DNA from: Phoronis australis
Taxonomy: Eukaryota > Animalia > Phoronida
Direction: 5' to 3'
Length of the DNA stretch: 64,000 nt
Assembly: GCA_002633005.1 (NCBI GenBank)
Contig: NMRA01000352.1
Coordinates: forward strand, 224,905-288,904
Shown here: positions 60,094-64,000 of the stretch, one piece after another
Numbering within the stretch: the stretch's first letter is position 1
How the letters are laid out: each line of letters opens with the position of its first letter
Position numbers and translations under genes: made by a program
Notes under the pieces: model-generated
The model's input: the letters and a program-made list of their open reading frames with translations, nothing else
What the model was told of the DNA's origin: nothing
The model's database searches: none

Positions 60094-60527
60094 CCTGGTA
60101 TTTCCGTAGATAAGCCCATGGGCGTGTATTCGGAAAATGAAAATTTTGAGGCGTTTTAGCAACACCAAATAAACGCCCGGGCGTTTATTCGGAAAAGGGG
60201 GCGTGTAAACGGAAAGCTATTGTTTTGCTTGACTTGACACTCTTTTACATAAAACTACGTTTTTAATTTTTTGTTAATAAATTCATAGTTCGCCAACGCT
60301 CGTTTTTTATAAATGATAAATGCTCCAAAAAACTGAATTTGTGACAAAAGTTGACGCTGATTGGGCTTTTAAGAGGAAAATTTCCAAATAAATGTCCCAC
60401 TGTCTGTACACTTGACACCACAAGTTGTAACACCAAATAAACGCCCATGGGCGTGTATTTAGCATAATTTTCCGAATAAACGCCCATGGGCGTTTCATCG
60501 GGTAGACTTATCTACGGAAAACCCCAG
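60094..60527. mobile_element. MITE with TA-flanked TIRs
   Basis: TTTCCGTAGATAAG... / ...CTTATCTACGGAAA; repeated palindromic AAACGCCCATGGGCGT motifs. Confidence 0.7.
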
Positions 60528-60561
60528 TACTCAGTTTTTAACAGGACATACTTAGCTGTTT

Positions 60562-60798
60562 GAGGAGGCAGTGTGGTCTGGTGGGATAAGTGTCCGCTTC
60601 CTTTACCCTAGGGTGAGGGTTCAAGTCCCAACTGGTGCTCACTACTATACCATTGAGTCAGGTCTCTAGCTCCTCAGCTCGATTTTAATTAAAAATATTA
60701 AGAAAGAATAAAAATGAGTCCAGGTGATTAGTTCCATGGGCCCACATGAGCGGCCTGCGCTGTACTAGACAGTCTGCAATCGTTTTTTATGCCCACTG
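60562..60798 (+). mobile_element. tRNA-derived SINE
   Basis: TGGTCTGGTGG A-box, GGTTCAAGTCC B-box, body homologous to 27920-28160; 9-bp TSD TAGCTGTTT. Confidence 0.75.
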
Positions 60799-63700
60799 TA
60801 GCTGTTTCATTTTGTGTGAAATCGTTAGGCTTGATTTATTTGTAAATTGACTGGTTAGTCAAATATCTGGGTGACCTTTCTTTCTCTGCTGTTTAATGTA
60901 AGCTGAATATAGCCGTTTGAACACACGGAAATGCAAAATACTTCAAAGTATTGTAATACATGTAGTCGCGGAAACAAATACTACCACAGCGGCACAATTG
61001 TAAAATAAAACCGAAATCATGCTCACAAACTAACGTTCATTGTCCCACAACACTTGTATGGCATTAATGGTGTCAAAATCCATTTTCAAATTTACCTCAT
61101 CATGTAAAATACACCGTATCCCTGGACGAAAATGCCAAGCAACGGAAATCCAAAAATTAGCATCAATATTCCAAAACACATAATTCTGTGTCCTTCCAAA
61201 TTCATCATTTCGTTTACCAGTGATTTGAATTTAACAAAACCACACGCATAAACGAGTCCAACAAGAACGGCTATCTGAAAGAAAAAAGAGAAATATCTTA
61301 TTGAATGGGGCTTATTTCTCGAACACTGGATCTTTTAGTCGTTCTTCTATCCAGCTTGAAACAGACTAACAAAAAAGGGTTCACAAAACAAGGTTTTCCT
61401 ATGCACACAGAAACCAAAAAACTGGAAGAGTTTAACGCCATTTTCGTCTTCCAAATTGGCAAAAAAATTAATCCTACACACAGATACTCTTCTAAGCCTA
61501 TTGCACAAAAGATCGATTCGTCCACTATGTAACCTCTGTTTACATCATTGGCAGAAGCAAGCGCAAAACACATACAAAATATGACTGTTCCTGAGTAACA
61601 AAATTAGGCTACACTGGCCTTGGGTGGGAAGAAAACTGGACGTTCGTAAAGAAAGGATGCGTCTAAACATAGGAAAGACAGACAAGAAATGGAAAGGACA
61701 GGAAGGCAAGACACACAACATGGAATGACGGAAATGACTGAGCGTAAGAATGGATAATGGTTGATAGGAGTGGAGCCTTTGTTTTAGCGCCGAATCCAAA
61801 CATTCAATCAATGTTAACTTTTGAAATCGTAAGCGGTACACATCGTAACGAAGTCACGAAATGAACAAGGCACATGAAATTTAATTTTCTAAAAGCATGT
61901 AGTATATCGCGAGTGCTGTGACCACACGTTTTGGCGAACCTGGCGTCAGCGGCTGAGAGAATGAAAATTTGCCAAATCATTTTAGTTGGAAAACTTGCAC
62001 TTTCTCTCTTTCTGTCGATCACCACTCATTCTATCGCCACTCATTTCACCGACCTTCCGGTCTCAGCCATATGCACCCACACTTCCACCCACTCCTCTAC
62101 TCTCCGGTAACCACCACTATCACTGCTCTTCACCGGTAACCACAATTTATACACACACAAACATCTCTCGCACCAATTTCACCCGTCCCAGTTGCCACCA
62201 TTCCTCCCCGCGTAAGGAACTTGTTCCTTTTCTGAGTATTGCGGCTGTCGATACAGCTTCTCAAATGTTCTTCTCGTGTTTTTTTTTCCGTTGGATACTA
62301 CACTATATAGATTTTCCTTGTTTTGCTGGTATTAACCACCAATTCTCAAATCTTGGGGGGAGGCGGCAACTTAAGGTCTATGAAGACAAACCACACGCGA
62401 CACGACAGGATGGAAGAGAACCAATAACCGGATGCCACTGATTGCAAATTATCTCTTCTTTGCTTTAAACGAGTAGTTACAAGTTACTAATCAGAGCTTT
62501 GGTATCATCTTGTTAAATTTTCCAAAAGGTCACGATCAGTTACTTCTGCAGATACCATTACCAAACAACATCATGATATTAAAATAAGAAACTGTACCCT
62601 TCTCTAGGCATTGTATACACACATCATATAAGCAAAATTACGTACTAGTGCAAAACGCTTAAACGTCCATAAACATCTACTAAGCGTGATAGCGTTAACA
62701 CCCCGGATTTGCTTTGTAACTCAACTGGTATGCAAATTGTTCGGTAAATCAAAAGATGCTACGATTCAGACAGAATGACAAACAGAAAACAAGGCAAGTT
62801 CAAAAATACTAATCAAGCACAAATGAAGCTCAATTGTCGCATAGTGTGTCGCCCAGAGATTAACGTCGCGCACCAGAGCATTCACTTCTTGAACATTGCA
62901 TGAGTGCATGGTACTTGAATTCGTACAACAAAATAATATCGAAATACTTTGCGTCTCGAACCCCCCCGCCCCGAAAAACAAGATCAACTTGGAAGATGAA
63001 ATTTGGCCGGATGCATCTCAATGACGCAGCAATGTTAGCACGAACATTTGTCAAAATCAACGATTCGTTATTTTGTTGCAAAAAATTGTAAATACATTGT
63101 AGTATTGTTGTTGATGAGAGCCCTTAGTTTAGTTTTCCATGTCGTGTCCTGTAAGTTGACAGAGTCATAATGCCACTTCAAAAAGTGACCCGCCGGAGAC
63201 ACAATAATAGGATTTCAAACCTATGTCTAACATTTTAGGGAACAAAGAACTATTCATGCTTTTCTAGGAAACGAACAGCCTTACTAAAATTCCGGTTAGT
63301 CTAGTATGATTCAAAGGCAATTAAGATGACTATGCAACTACTCCCAGCGAAGACCCTGCCGTTACCAATAATGCTCACACTTTCAGTCCATATGGCAAAC
63401 TGCTCAGACTACTGGTATCCATGCGCGCATCCAGCCTAAAATGTGGAGGGAGCTCAAATTTTTGAGAATGTGGACCTTTTTCTAAGAAAACGGGGTACGT
63501 TCAGAGCTACTGTGATTTGAGCATCTGCCATTTTAGTGACTTTTGTCTCGTTTTCTACTTTTTCGAACTTTTTGTGTCTTTGAGGCCGACCTTTTTGCCC
63601 ATTTCGCCACTTGGGAGGACTCGAACGAGCCCCCCCCGAGCCCCCCTGGGTGCGCGCATGGTATATTTATACAGTTTTAACTCTTGATGTATTTTGACAA

Positions 63701-64000
63701 TGAGTCGACACCGTGTAGATGTAGGTGAAAACAAACTCCAAGACACTGTGGCAACATTAGCTGTGTGACCTTCGCTTCTATCACATGAAGCCATTACCAT
63801 CCGATCTGGGTGCAACTTTAAAGTAACGACATAGGCCAACATTGTCGCCTGGTTCGATCTAGTGAAATGTACAGTCGGTCTCAACTAAAGCCTCAGCTGA
63901 AAACGATTCACTAGCGACCAACTGTGGCAGCGCTGCCTGAAAATGCTCAATTAAACGAAAGCCAAACAGTATCTCCTTCCCATTGCTTACCCCGCCTTTC

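Noticed and set aside
61986-62441. 151-aa Pro/Thr/His-rich ORF
   Set aside because: Low-complexity C/A-rich sequence with no recognisable motif or splice support.

Overview
This is eukaryotic (animal, probably marine invertebrate) genomic DNA with spliceosomal introns, two assembly gaps (4889-5314, 49964-50434) and a lone N at 36409. In order it contains: (1) the first coding exon of PSENEN/pen-2 on the minus strand, head-to-head with (2) a complete 7-exon U2AF1/U2AF35 gene (3261-15605, 238 aa). (3) An unusually long, modular metallothionein-like gene (MT-L, 19726-26300): 11 exons, about 323 aa, 98 Cys, built from tandemly duplicated phase-1 exon+intron units, with MRE motifs and a TATA box upstream. 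It reads as nine tandem 9-Cys beta-type domains whose register is offset from the exon borders. (4) A diverged short paralogue (MT-S, 32582-37374) created by a tandem segmental duplication of about 12 kb/9.5 kb. (5) An unidentified multi-exon multipass membrane protein gene on the minus strand (about 38230 to beyond 59389), whose 3' end was also duplicated and pseudogenised. Interspersed are many non-autonomous transposons: hAT-type, Kolobok-like with THAP remnants, DINE/HINE-like elements with CTCF-like motif arrays, MITEs and tRNA-derived SINEs. All gene models were read by eye from GT-AG splice signals and reading-frame continuity; no database searches were run.
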